The notes under the pieces were generated by a model. That model did not search any database, had not been told where the DNA came from, and saw nothing but the letters and a program-made list of their open reading frames with translations. A DNA stretch of 14,521 nt from Candidatus Woesearchaeota archaeon (GTDB lineage: Archaea > Nanobdellota > Nanobdellia > SCGC-AAA011-G17 > JACPIM01). Within the stretch, counting starts at the first letter, position 1, and every line of letters starts with the position of its first letter. The stretch is taken from positions 1 to 14,521 of the forward strand of contig CAZELK010000010.1 in NCBI GenBank assembly GCA_964513145.1, written 5' to 3'. Below, piece by piece: positions 14,419-14,521 of this stretch. Both the position numbers and the translations under genes were made by a program.

Positions 14419-14521
14419 GACAAATGACTTAATACAAAAAAGACATTTGACTAAGAAAAGTTTATAAAGACAAATGACTTAATACAAAAAAGACATTTGA
14501 CTAAGAAAAGTTTATAAAGAC
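14417..14521. repeat. Exact 50-bp tandem repeat (two copies plus 5 nt, truncated by the window end)
   Basis: AAGACAAATGACTTAATACAAAAAAGACATTTGACTAAGAAAAGTTTATA at 14417-14466 and 14467-14516, then AAGAC. Confidence 0.95.

Noticed and set aside
14417-14521. CRISPR array
   Set aside because: The units are identical over the whole 50-bp period with no unique spacers, and there are no cas genes in the window.

Overview
AT-rich archaeal window. BRE-TATA promoters and an archaeal-type RNase HII support the domain call; a DPANN (Woesearchaeota/Pacearchaeota-like) origin is an inference. Left to right: three + strand secreted or membrane surface-protein genes (148-3795); a - strand block of ftsY, rnhB, smc and a small membrane ORF (3864-9419); a + strand accessory pair made of a small coiled-coil membrane ORF and an AbrB-type antitoxin/VapC toxin module (9526-10481); a - strand moxR-DUF58-vWA (BatA-like) operon with a divergently transcribed Bat-type partner (10485-14418); and an exact 50-bp tandem repeat running off the right edge. 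Main finding: rnhB, seen only as a truncated 194-aa ORF in the six-frame track, is interrupted inside its catalytic DEAGRGP motif by a 29-nt insertion (8243-8271). The insertion folds into a bulge-helix-bulge (BHB) motif, and cutting at the canonical BHB positions restores the frame and the exact motif. This makes it a candidate tRNA-type spliced intron in an archaeal protein-coding gene. Splicing itself is predicted, not shown.
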